This document shows positions 30,699 through 40,353 of a stretch of 64,000 nucleotides of DNA, one piece after another (position 1 is the first letter of the stretch; each line of letters starts with the position of its first letter). Location: IMG/VR virus record IMGVR_UViG_3300037067_004891, positions 224,001-288,000 of that record. One strand, 5' to 3'. The notes below the pieces were generated by a model that was given only the letters and a program-made list of their open reading frames with translations, did no database searches and had not been told where the DNA came from. Made by a program: the position numbers and the translations under genes. The stretch comes from a virus (taxonomy: Duplodnaviria; Caudoviricetes).

Positions 30699-30965
30699 AT
30701 GAAATATTTAAAAACTTTTGAATATCTTATGAATGATAAATTATATAAAATCGAAGTTTTCGATAAATCAAATCCTGATAAAAGTACACCAATAGCACAA
30801 AGCACTGTGACTGGTAGAGAAAATGACACAACAATAGAATCTGATTTCGAAAAATCAGAAGAATTTTCTAATATTAAAAAGAAAAATCCAAACGCTGATT
30901 TAATAATTAAAGTTTCGAGAGTTCATGATTCGATTACAAATTTTTTAGACAAAAAAAAATATTAA
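30699..30965 (+). CDS. CTS-tagged small protein
   Basis: Leader MKYLKTFE. Confidence 0.65.
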   Translation: MKYLKTFEYLMNDKLYKIEVFDKSNPDKSTPIAQSTVTGRENDTTIESDFEKSEEFSNIKKKNPNADLIIKVSRVHDSITNFLDKKKY

Positions 30966-31193
30966 AACATTTAATAATTATAATACAACATCTTTATATA
31001 GAATGAAGAAACAACATGAAGCTCCAAATTACGGTGTTATCGTTTCAATGAAGACCAGAAGTGAGTTAGATGAAAAGGGTTAACCAACTGTTAATAAAAA
31101 TATAATAAAATTTACAAATATTTAATAAAAAAATTAAAAAGAAACCTTTTATTTTTAATATATAGATAGAGAGTAAAAATATACACATTTTAA

Positions 31194-31339
31194 ATGTTAA
31201 AAGCAATAAAAGTAAAATTATATCCAAATAAAAATCAAGAAAAACCTATATTAATAAACTGCTTGGTTGTTACCGATTTATTTTTAATAAGTGCCTTGAA
31301 CTAAAGAAAAATAAATATCTGGAAGATAAACGATATTAA
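31194..31339 (+). pseudogene. tnpB: tnpB N-terminal remnant (frameshifted)
   Basis: MLKAIKVKLYPNKNQEK / YINKLLGCYRFIFNKCLE; compare MLRAYKYRIYPNQEQEILINKHFGCVRWVYN at 51184. Confidence 0.8.
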
Positions 31340-31342
31340 GTT

Positions 31343-31735
31343 ATGAGTGCTGATAGAATTTACAAAATATTATATGTAGAAGATGACCAAACTGTAATAA
31401 CAATGGTGAAAGCTATGTTAGTTGATAAGAAATTTGAAATTGATGTGGCGATGAATGGTTCTGAAGCAGTAACTATGGCATTTAGAGGTAAATATGATAT
31501 AATCTTAACAGACATAATGATGCCAGTTATGAATGGTCTCGAAGCAGCTAAAACCATCAAAAACATGTCTCCAAATGTTCCTATATTAGCTGTAACTTCT
31601 TATGATATTGTTGATTTGTCAAAAGATAAACAAATAGATGATGTATTGAGAAAACCTGTCAGAAAAGAAGAATTAAAATATAAAATCATCGAAATGATTC
31701 ATGATTTTGAAAACAAAAATAAAAAAGAGAGTTAA
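31343..31735 (+). CDS. Stand-alone response-regulator receiver (CheY-like)
   Basis: ILYVEDD, DIILTDIMMPVMNG, AVT, KP. Confidence 0.92.
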   Translation: MSADRIYKILYVEDDQTVITMVKAMLVDKKFEIDVAMNGSEAVTMAFRGKYDIILTDIMMPVMNGLEAAKTIKNMSPNVPILAVTSYDIVDLSKDKQIDDVLRKPVRKEELKYKIIEMIHDFENKNKKES

Positions 31736-31750
31736 TCAACTCTCTTTATA

Positions 31751-31879
31751 TTTATTTACCCTTTTTAAATCAAAAATATCCTCAATCTTAGCTTTTCGTT
31801 CTTTGCGAAGTTTTTCTTTACGCATTAGTTCTTCAGCATGACTATTATCCCACGCCCACGTTGTTCCAGTTAGAGACAT
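31751..31879 (-). CDS. Micro-ORF with RxxKIxxI tag (3' end approximate)
   Basis: MSLTGTTWAWDNSHAEELMRKEKLRKERKAKIEDIFDL... Confidence 0.5.
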
Positions 31880-31880
31880 T

Positions 31881-31970
31881 TTAAATTAATTCATTTTTAT
31901 CAAAAATCGTGTCCAATTTTTGTTTACGTTCATCTTTTATTTTCTTCATTAAATCTAAATACTGTTTCAT
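31881..31970 (-). CDS. 29-aa micro-ORF with ThyA-like start and RxxKLxxI tag
   Basis: MKQYLDLMKKIKDERKQKLDTIFDKNELI; its ATG overlaps the upstream stop. Confidence 0.45.
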   Translation of the reverse strand: MKQYLDLMKKIKDERKQKLDTIFDKNELI

Positions 31971-32443
31971 TATTCTATACTATTATTTTTTAAATATTTT
32001 TCTAAGAATAGCCTAAAATTTACTACGGATTCAGATTGTCGTCCCAGATTAGCAAACTGGGTGGTCAATACAACATTATTTTTAGTATAACCTTTTGAAT
32101 TATCCAATCTATCGATGCTTGGTCTTCTCAATTTATCTTGCATCGTAAAATCTATCGGTATATTAAACCAATAACACATGCCATTTTGTGATTCTTTTAA
32201 TTCAATCATAAATTTAGAATTTATCTCATATGGCATATTTATATCAGAACTTCTCTTTCGACTGGATGAAAGAATACCTTCATACCATTTACGACCATTT
32301 TTTTCTCTATATTCTTTTTTCTCTTTATTATAACATTCTTTACAATGACACCTTAATCCACCTTTAGAATTTATATTTTTTACAAAAAAATCTAATGTAG
32401 CAGGATATTCATTCCCACATTTCGTACAACGTTTTAATTCCAA
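31970..32443 (-). CDS. Zinc-finger/HNH-like endonuclease
   Basis: CTKC...CKEC; PSIDRLDNSKGYTKNNVVL....N. Confidence 0.75.
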   Translation of the reverse strand: MELKRCTKCGNEYPATLDFFVKNINSKGGLRCHCKECYNKEKKEYREKNGRKWYEGILSSSRKRSSDINMPYEINSKFMIELKESQNGMCYWFNIPIDFTMQDKLRRPSIDRLDNSKGYTKNNVVLTTQFANLGRQSESVVNFRLFLEKYLKNNSIE

Positions 32444-32465
32444 ATCATATTTTTCTTTTTTAAAA

Positions 32466-32621
32466 GTTTTATTTTAGGGATATTCTATTCCATATGAACA
32501 CATCACTCTGTCTGTTATTCATTGGATTTCGTTATTTACCGTTGGTAGCCGTTTTAAGCCTTTAAGTAGGATTCACATCCATTCAGCACCCCCATCTCCT
32601 TTTCCGAGATTAAAATAAAAC
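32466..32621 (-). ncRNA. Candidate structured ncRNA upstream of the HNH gene
   Basis: 11-bp closing stem gttttatttta/taaaataaaac; several internal hairpins; GC-rich relative to the flanks. Confidence 0.45.
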
Positions 32622-32625
32622 CATT

Positions 32626-33837
32626 TCACTTAACGATACTTCTATAAAACTCCGCACGTTTTTTATTTACAACTCTTAAATCATATTTTTCTTTTACATA
32701 ATCATATAAATTATCACCGTATTCTTTAACCGCCTCTGGATTCTGTGAAAACCATTTCATTTTCTGATACCATCCTTCTTTATCATTCTCATCAATTAAA
32801 AAACCTTTTGGTTTACCATCTTTTTTTCCTTCAATATCATCCAGTGCATACGAACCATAATTAGATGCTATTATTGGACATTTGTGTGCGCCAGCTTCAA
32901 CTATCTTTAAACCACTTTTCACGAAATTAAATTTCAAACCTGATTTAAGCGGTGCTAAAGCAACATCAGCTTCATTATATTGAGTTGAATATAATAAAAT
33001 TGGTTTAGTCCATCTGCGTTGGTAGAATTCATTTACGAATTTCGGATTAACACCATATGTATCCCTACCACCATCTTCATATTTTCTCAACCACTGAAAA
33101 TATTCAGTGTTTTTAACATATTTTAAATCATTAGAAAATATATCTTCGAAAAAAGTCCATTGATTACTTCTCCAATCAGCTTTAGCCATACCATCCTTGG
33201 TTCTCATCCTTAAATCAAACCCACATAAATATACTTGACATTTTTCAAGAAATTCTTTATCAAACTTTTTAAAAGATGGTTGTAGTAATCTTAAATCTGG
33301 TAGATGTGTAATACCACCACCCCATAAAAATCTAATTTTATCGGATGGTATTTTTTTATCCAACCACTGTAATTCTTTTAAATTTACAGCGTTTGGCATC
33401 ACTATTACATTTGAATTTATCTCTTTAATATCTTCGGCAAAAATAGGTGTAGTAGTGGTAACATAATCAGCACCTTTTAATTCAGATAACACAGACTCTT
33501 TACCATTATTTTGAATCCAACTTTTATAATTCACGTGACTACTGTTTAACTCCCAGTGGTCATCAATATCAAATATCAATTTAATATTATATTTCTTTAA
33601 TATATTCTTAAATGTAATTTTTTTTATATCATCCGAAAATGGGATTTTTTTATTATAAAAAACAATATTATACTGTTTTAAAAAATTTTCATCTAATAAC
33701 GGGAGTGTGTGGTCACTCAGATTTCTTATATCTACATCAATATTTTCTTCATCTAAAATTGAGTGAGGTGCTAACACACGAAAATATCCCACACCGTCAT
33801 TATCGACATTAATCGCAAGAACTTTTAAATTTGACAT
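32626..33837 (-). CDS. GT-B glycosyltransferase (GT4-like)
   Basis: FDIDDHW, ADYVTTTT, DVALAPL...KSGLKIVEAG...PIIAS. Confidence 0.85.
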   Translation of the reverse strand: MSNLKVLAINVDNDGVGYFRVLAPHSILDEENIDVDIRNLSDHTLPLLDENFLKQYNIVFYNKKIPFSDDIKKITFKNILKKYNIKLIFDIDDHWELNSSHVNYKSWIQNNGKESVLSELKGADYVTTTTPIFAEDIKEINSNVIVMPNAVNLKELQWLDKKIPSDKIRFLWGGGITHLPDLRLLQPSFKKFDKEFLEKCQVYLCGFDLRMRTKDGMAKADWRSNQWTFFEDIFSNDLKYVKNTEYFQWLRKYEDGGRDTYGVNPKFVNEFYQRRWTKPILLYSTQYNEADVALAPLKSGLKFNFVKSGLKIVEAGAHKCPIIASNYGSYALDDIEGKKDGKPKGFLIDENDKEGWYQKMKWFSQNPEAVKEYGDNLYDYVKEKYDLRVVNKKRAEFYRSIVK

Positions 33838-33924
33838 TCATAAATAATTATTTTTTAATATAAATCTATCGAACTTATAATTATTAATATATAGGTTTAT
33901 CTATTAAAAAAGTTTTATAAATTT

Positions 33925-34887
33925 ATGATAATTTCAAATTTTGTCTACATCATTATTCACAATAAAGTTAAATCAACATATATAAGTAAAAAATTTAATA
34001 TACAAAACATTCAAATAGGAGAAACAATAAAGATTTCAATTGAAAAATTAGAAATCAATTCACATGAAAATATTTTAGTGAAATGTGATAATTGCAGAAC
34101 TGAAAAATTAGTAAGATACCAAGCGTACAATAAATGTACTAAAAATAATTCAGAACCTTATTTTTGTAATAAAAAAGAATGTATAAATAAAAAGAGAGAA
34201 TCTGTTCTTTTATTAAAATATAATACAACGAATGTATTTAAAATGAAAAGTGTAAAAGATAAAATTAAAAAAACAAATATTAAAAACTTAGGTGTTGAGA
34301 ACCCACAACAAAATAAAGATATAAAAATTAAAACTGAACAGACAAACGAGAAAATATACGGCTATAAAAATGTGTTTCAAAATGAAAAAATAAAACAAAA
34401 GATTAAAAAAACAAATAATGATAAATATGGTGTTGACTACCCAATGCAATCGACTGATATTAAAAATAAAACAAAAAAATCAAATTTAGTCAAATATGGT
34501 GTTGAATATACAATACAGATTAGAGAATTTTTTAATAAAAATAGATTATCTGCATTAAAAATAAAAAAGTATAATGATACAGATTTATATTATCAAGGTT
34601 CATACGAATTAGATTTTCTCAATAATTATTACAATTGTTTTAAAATATTAAACGGTCTTAGTTTTAAATATCATTTAAATAATATATTAAAAACATATCA
34701 TAGTGATTTCTATATACCAGAATTAAATTTAATAGTAGAAATTAAAAATTCTTATTTATATAATAGAGATTATGATATTATATTAGAAAAAGAAAAATCT
34801 GTTAGACAACATGGATATAATTACATTTTAATTTTAGATAAAAATTATACAGAATATAATAATTATTTTCTGACTAACACTAATTAA
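33925..34887 (+). CDS. Endonuclease with KYG repeats and a C-terminal PD-(D/E)xK domain
   Basis: TN..KYGV..P.Q repeats; YHSDFYIPELNLIVEIK. Confidence 0.8.
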   Translation: MIISNFVYIIIHNKVKSTYISKKFNIQNIQIGETIKISIEKLEINSHENILVKCDNCRTEKLVRYQAYNKCTKNNSEPYFCNKKECINKKRESVLLLKYNTTNVFKMKSVKDKIKKTNIKNLGVENPQQNKDIKIKTEQTNEKIYGYKNVFQNEKIKQKIKKTNNDKYGVDYPMQSTDIKNKTKKSNLVKYGVEYTIQIREFFNKNRLSALKIKKYNDTDLYYQGSYELDFLNNYYNCFKILNGLSFKYHLNNILKTYHSDFYIPELNLIVEIKNSYLYNRDYDIILEKEKSVRQHGYNYILILDKNYTEYNNYFLTNTN

Positions 34888-35084
34888 AAAAGTAATATTT
34901 TGCTGTTATTAACAATTAATATGTTTAAAAAGACCCAACATCGAAACAAACTGTTGAAAATTATGACACTATACGAAAAATTTCAACTTATTCTAACAAT
35001 ATACTTCTGGATGAAGTTGTAGTTGTCGGGTATAGAAAAAATATAAAATCCGATTCTATCGAAACAGTTAGAATTAATAAATAA
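34888..35084 (+). pseudogene. Small ORF remnant with SusC-type LDEVVVVGY motif
   Basis: ...SNNILLDEVVVVGYRKNIKSDSIETVRINK*; 5' end broken. Confidence 0.5.
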
Positions 35085-35112
35085 AATGAAAAAGGTCAGA
35101 GAAATCTGACTT

Positions 35113-35946
35113 TTAATTTTTAAAATATTTAAAACGTTTTATATATTTTAAATTTTCTGTTATCACATTAGCGATATGATTTATTTTCAAATCATCTTTT
35201 AACATATATAAAACATTCTGCAATTCTTTAAAATTTTCATCTGTATACCCCCATGTACCTATAAAATCTTTAAAAGTATTTATTTTATCCATATCATTTT
35301 CATCTATCATATCTGGGTCTGGGTCATCCAAAAAATCTTTATAATCATAACTTATATCATAAAAATAGTTTAAGTCACTACAAATAGCAGTAATAACACC
35401 ATATAAAGCAATTTTCTTATTGAAAAGATAATGTCTGACTGTTTGTAGTAACCACTCAGCAAAATTATCCGTTATTGTAATATTTAAATCATCATCAATG
35501 GTTTTTTGAATATCTTCTATTGTTTTTAGTTCTGGGTTCTTTGAAATTTCTTTTATATTTTTATTCAAATATTCTTTAGTTTTCCAAACTTCATCCGTAT
35601 CCAAATATAGGTCACCATCTGACTCTGTTTCACCAGCACCATTAATTAATAAACATCTTGGGTCAACGACCATCGTTAAAACTTCACCATTCCCCTTTTC
35701 ATCTCTTTGTCCAGCTCTTATAGCTGCATAATTCCAAACATTATCAAATTTACTATTAAAATCACCTTCATCAGTATGGAAAAAGAATCCATCCTTAAAG
35801 TGTTTAGTTGATTCTATTTGTTTAGCAGCAAACTTACTCGTACCATGATACACAATAATATTATTCTTACTATCCTTTTGAAATGTAAAACCATGACCTC
35901 TTGCTCTATCCGTTAAACTTTCTAATCCTTCTTGTTTCGATATCAT
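35113..35946 (-). CDS. ART-like domain protein with a CTS-like motif at the C-terminus
   Basis: IIVYHGTS...GFFF...YA; ends ENLKYIKRFKYFKN. Confidence 0.55.
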   Translation of the reverse strand: MISKQEGLESLTDRARGHGFTFQKDSKNNIIVYHGTSKFAAKQIESTKHFKDGFFFHTDEGDFNSKFDNVWNYAAIRAGQRDEKGNGEVLTMVVDPRCLLINGAGETESDGDLYLDTDEVWKTKEYLNKNIKEISKNPELKTIEDIQKTIDDDLNITITDNFAEWLLQTVRHYLFNKKIALYGVITAICSDLNYFYDISYDYKDFLDDPDPDMIDENDMDKINTFKDFIGTWGYTDENFKELQNVLYMLKDDLKINHIANVITENLKYIKRFKYFKN

Positions 35947-37019
35947 TTTTTTCTTGGATATTTTTCATAAACACTAATCATATAAGGTGGGATATCACCT
36001 TTAACTCTGAAACCGTGTCCATATAATGCACTTTCAGCTAAGGAATCCCCAACACTTATACCAGCATGTAATATTTTATTATATAATTGGTCTTTATCAG
36101 CTTGTAATAAATAAACTGGAATTACGACTTCATAAACAACGATATCATCATAAGGATAAGCTATATCCCCAAAAGTTTTAGCCATATCAGGAAAAATAGA
36201 TAAATAAACATATCCTGTCTGAGATTGAAAAGATTTTTTAGTTTTATTTTTAGTTGTTAATAGTCCATCTTTCAATATATTTATATTAGCAGATGTTCCG
36301 TGATACAATTTCACTGGTTTACTATTTGGTTGATATTGATTTTTATGTGGACTTATTATTTTATTAAATTCTTTCAACATTTCGGGTGTTGGGTCTGAAT
36401 AAAATAAATCAGGATATTCCTTTAATAAATCGATAGGATTACTCATATCCACATTATAATTAGAATGAACATAGGCTTCGAATTTTTTAAAAGTGCCTCT
36501 TTTCATATTTATTACCATCCAATCATTAATCTTAGAATAATCATACACATCATTCTCATTGAACCTTTTATCGTTAAATGTTAAAGCTATAATAACAAAT
36601 GATTGAGGGTGTTCCCATAAATATACCGTGTGTTTAATTACATACTCTACGAATTCATCTGGGATAATTGGAATACCATCTTTAGATAAAATATCTTTAT
36701 ACTTTTCTAATATTTCAGATAACATTTTTTCATTATACATCCATATAGAACCTGACGAAACATTAGATTCTGATTCAGATTTAATTTTGAATATAATATC
36801 ATTTTCTTTAGAATATTTCACTAAATTATCTATAACCTCATCTGGGTTGCCATATCTATTATTTATATAATTAATAGGTAAATATCCCAGAGCCTTTGTT
36901 TTACCAACATTCAGTAAATCACCAAGGACGATAAAATCTTCTGGTTTAAAATTATAATCGGTTGTTATTTTTTTCGAAGTTGGATTCTTAAAATCCTCGA
37001 ATAAAATTAAATATTTCAT
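35943..37019 (-). CDS. CTS-tagged two-domain protein with a C-terminal ART-like domain
   Basis: Leader MKYLILFEDF; internal TFKKFEAY; KLYHGTS...GL...YVYLS....A..FG...VYEV...GDIPP. Confidence 0.7.
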   Translation of the reverse strand: MKYLILFEDFKNPTSKKITTDYNFKPEDFIVLGDLLNVGKTKALGYLPINYINNRYGNPDEVIDNLVKYSKENDIIFKIKSESESNVSSGSIWMYNEKMLSEILEKYKDILSKDGIPIIPDEFVEYVIKHTVYLWEHPQSFVIIALTFNDKRFNENDVYDYSKINDWMVINMKRGTFKKFEAYVHSNYNVDMSNPIDLLKEYPDLFYSDPTPEMLKEFNKIISPHKNQYQPNSKPVKLYHGTSANINILKDGLLTTKNKTKKSFQSQTGYVYLSIFPDMAKTFGDIAYPYDDIVVYEVVIPVYLLQADKDQLYNKILHAGISVGDSLAESALYGHGFRVKGDIPPYMISVYEKYPRKK

Positions 37020-37339
37020 CCTGTACTTTCTATAAATTTTATATCCTTTTCAGGTATTTCTTCTGGTGAAGCATAACGTTTACTTGTTGAACGATGTGTA
37101 TAAACAAAAAAACCATCATCGTCCGCACCCAACCCAACACCGTCCATTCTCGAAACTAAACCCTGTGGTTTTTTAAGACCCCTAACTATTCCATTTTTCA
37201 CTTTAGAACCAGTATTCATTAGAGGTTCTATTAATTCTTTCATTTTATCAGATATTTTTCTACTCAGGTGTAATGAATTTTTATTTTCTTGATATCTATT
37301 TCGTTTTTCTAATAAATTAAAAGCTTCAAACGAATACAT
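37016..37339 (-). CDS. CTS-tagged small protein
   Basis: MYSFEAFNLLEK. Confidence 0.65.
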   Translation of the reverse strand: MYSFEAFNLLEKRNRYQENKNSLHLSRKISDKMKELIEPLMNTGSKVKNGIVRGLKKPQGLVSRMDGVGLGADDDGFFVYTHRSTSKRYASPEEIPEKDIKFIESTG

Positions 37340-37348
37340 TTTATATTT

Positions 37349-37639
37349 TTATTTTTTATTTATAATATAATGATAAATATATTCAGCACAAAATTCAACT
37401 CTCTTATTTTCAGATTCAAACTCACCAATAATTTCTTTAGCTTCATCATTTGTTGTTAACAACGTTTTAACATTTTTCATAATGACATCAACTCTGGTAA
37501 AATCTTTCTCAGATACACCATTTTCTCTCATTATTATATCAATCAATGAACTACTAACAGCATCAATATAAGTCCATGTACGATTAAAAATAGATGCCAA
37601 ATTTTCATTTATAAATATTTCAAATTTCTTTACTATCAT
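37349..37639 (-). CDS. CTS-tagged small protein
   Basis: MIVKKFEIFINEN. Confidence 0.65.
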   Translation of the reverse strand: MIVKKFEIFINENLASIFNRTWTYIDAVSSSLIDIIMRENGVSEKDFTRVDVIMKNVKTLLTTNDEAKEIIGEFESENKRVEFCAEYIYHYIINKK

Positions 37640-37655
37640 AATATTATAATTATTT

Positions 37656-37982
37656 TTAATTTAAATCAATAACTATTGTAGTATTAACTGGTATAATATT
37701 CATTAAATATGTGTTAATATATTCAAGAAATTGATTATGTGCATGTTGTATCATATCACCATCTATCTCATATTTATAATAAAATAATGTCGGATCAAAG
37801 CCAATTAAAAAAATTTCATTATTAATTCTATTTGATTTAAAAGATTGTTTGGTTGAGTACACATGTGGTGTTACTAAAATTTCATTACCAGTTTGTATAA
37901 AATTGATATCTAATCTAATATAAAGATGATCCAAAGAAATATCTCCAAATATTGTTATTCCAGATGAAACTAAAAGTGCCAT
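37656..37982 (-). CDS. Hypothetical protein
   Basis: TAATATATA motif upstream; heads an operon of CTS genes. Confidence 0.55.
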   Translation of the reverse strand: MALLVSSGITIFGDISLDHLYIRLDINFIQTGNEILVTPHVYSTKQSFKSNRINNEIFLIGFDPTLFYYKYEIDGDMIQHAHNQFLEYINTYLMNIIPVNTTIVIDLN

Positions 37983-38093
37983 ATTTTTATTTTTATTTTT
38001 AATTATATATTAAATTAAAATGAATTGTTTTATTTTTTAATATATAAGGTAAATGTTTCTATTTTAATATATATTAAAAACTAAAATATAATA

Positions 38094-40337
38094 ATGGCTA
38101 TTACTAAACGTATAAAACTTGATATTAATGTATTACTTGAATGGACATATAATGATAATAATATAAAAAATGAAAATTATTCTATACTATCCAATTTAAA
38201 TCTGGGTAATAGAGATTATGCATCATTTCTTCCACTTAATGATGAAGACAACTCGTTATTTTGTGTTGATAACATCATTAAAAAATATTCACAATTTGAT
38301 ACAGAAAAATTTAATTTTTTAAAAAAACAAAATTATTCAGGAAACCCAATACCACACGATAAAATAAAATTGTATTTTCCAATAAATTTTGTTTTTAACA
38401 CATATAGAGGGTTTTATCTTAATATATTTACATTAGATTATCCAAACGAAAACATGCATTCTGTAAGTAAATTTTATTATGATATAGCACTTGATGATAA
38501 TATTGGTAAAATAGATTTAGAAACACCATTCGTTTACGATGAAAAAATTTGGGGTAAAAGTATAACGTTAGAAATTCCATCTATTTATCATATAGCAAAA
38601 GATAGAATTATAAACGACACTCAAAATTCTGTAATACCCAACACTATAAATTATAATTTAACAAACGGAACAGGTTTAAGTCAATCTGCACCAATTTTTA
38701 TTGATTTTTCTTATATAGTAACAGGAGAAATTGTACTCAACACTCTTTATTATAGATTAGGTGATTTATACGAAACATCTGTACCACAACAAACAGAATA
38801 TCAATCATTGGGTGTTGATATTGTAGAATCAACACAGGGAGATTTTTTTGAAATATACGGTATTTATAAAGGTACGAATGAAAATATGGATAATTTCATT
38901 GAAGATTTAGAATCAAAAGGAAAAAGAATTGAATTGGAATATAGTATAACATTATTTGAAGAAAACATACAAAGTGGATATCCACAAGTGTTTAAAGTAA
39001 CTGAAAATTTTTCGCAAAAACTTTTATATAGACCAATCATAAGATATTCAAATACAACCGCAGCTATTGATGTTCAAATGAATGTTATAGATTTAGTTAA
39101 TAATAGTCAAATAGAACGATATGCTTCAATTGGATTGACAAAAAATATATTTAAATATGGTAAAATATTATCCAGAATAAATTTAGATAATACAGTTTTA
39201 AAACCGAAAATTTATAAAGCCAAACCAGAAAACATTATAATAAACAGTGTTGTTGCTGATAATACTGGAAATATAACAAAAGTACCATACCCAGTTCTAT
39301 ATGATAAATATAAATTATTGGTTAATAGTACAGTATCTATAAACAACGAATATAAATCTAATGGATTATTAAATATTATTATAACTCCGTTTGATAATAT
39401 TGTTAAATTTACATTAGCAAAGGCTGTTGATAATTTAACAGGTGAACATGTTCCATATGATTTATTTTCTATTTCTAATAATGCTAAATTAAAATTAGTT
39501 TTTAAATCAGATACGAAAACTATAGAAATGGATTATTATGCACAATCTACTGATAATGATTTTAAAAATGGTGATATTGTATATAAGATAAAGGAAAGTG
39601 ATATATCAGCTATAAAAAGCATATATGATAAGAAATTTAAAAATTTTTATTTAATACTTTATGCCAATGATACCAAAACACTTTTATATTCTGGAAAATA
39701 TGATTTTTATGAAAACATAAAATTTGTTGATATAAAAAATACACAAAAGACAACAGTAACATCTGATGGTACAGGTATCGGTGTTGATTTATACAAAAAA
39801 CAATTAGATGCTACAAACAAGAAATTCAATCAAACGATTAATTTGTTAAATCAAAAAATAAAAAAATTAGAATTAGATAAAAAAGTAACTCAAGATTCTC
39901 AGTTTAATAAAGTTAATATACCATTAACTTCTTCCAATAACACAATAAAAAATAATAAAAATTATTTCAACTTAATAATATTTATTAAAAAGAAAGCTTC
40001 CAAAATAAATTTCGAAACATTTTTGAAATCACTTGGCATAAAAACATGGATATATAATGATTATGTTTATTTTTTATCTTCTATACATATATTAACAGTA
40101 AGCACAATTGAAAAGAAAACTGAATATATTACTAAAGTAATTCGAATTGATATATATGACGGACAAAATCAAAGTGTAAAAACAAACACAACAATAACAA
40201 CAAACCAAGTGACGACTGCTATAAGTGAAAAGTTTAACAAATTAAACAAAACACAAAGTGTTAAAAATTCAGCAACAACTGTAAAATATTTGGTTGATGG
40301 AAAAACCACAATTTTAAAATTAAAAGATATTCTTTAA
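38094..40337 (+). CDS. Large virion structural protein
   Basis: 747 aa; promoter motif upstream; next to a tail-like gene. Confidence 0.6.
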   Translation: MAITKRIKLDINVLLEWTYNDNNIKNENYSILSNLNLGNRDYASFLPLNDEDNSLFCVDNIIKKYSQFDTEKFNFLKKQNYSGNPIPHDKIKLYFPINFVFNTYRGFYLNIFTLDYPNENMHSVSKFYYDIALDDNIGKIDLETPFVYDEKIWGKSITLEIPSIYHIAKDRIINDTQNSVIPNTINYNLTNGTGLSQSAPIFIDFSYIVTGEIVLNTLYYRLGDLYETSVPQQTEYQSLGVDIVESTQGDFFEIYGIYKGTNENMDNFIEDLESKGKRIELEYSITLFEENIQSGYPQVFKVTENFSQKLLYRPIIRYSNTTAAIDVQMNVIDLVNNSQIERYASIGLTKNIFKYGKILSRINLDNTVLKPKIYKAKPENIIINSVVADNTGNITKVPYPVLYDKYKLLVNSTVSINNEYKSNGLLNIIITPFDNIVKFTLAKAVDNLTGEHVPYDLFSISNNAKLKLVFKSDTKTIEMDYYAQSTDNDFKNGDIVYKIKESDISAIKSIYDKKFKNFYLILYANDTKTLLYSGKYDFYENIKFVDIKNTQKTTVTSDGTGIGVDLYKKQLDATNKKFNQTINLLNQKIKKLELDKKVTQDSQFNKVNIPLTSSNNTIKNNKNYFNLIIFIKKKASKINFETFLKSLGIKTWIYNDYVYFLSSIHILTVSTIEKKTEYITKVIRIDIYDGQNQSVKTNTTITTNQVTTAISEKFNKLNKTQSVKNSATTVKYLVDGKTTILKLKDIL

Positions 40338-40353
40338 AAATAATAAATGATAA

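Noticed and set aside
32466-32621. TPP or cobalamin riboswitch, tmRNA, or RNase P
   Set aside because: Only fragments match (GGGGUGC, GUGAAUCC); CUGAGA, the B12 box, the tmRNA 3' end and GAGGAAAGUCC are missing.
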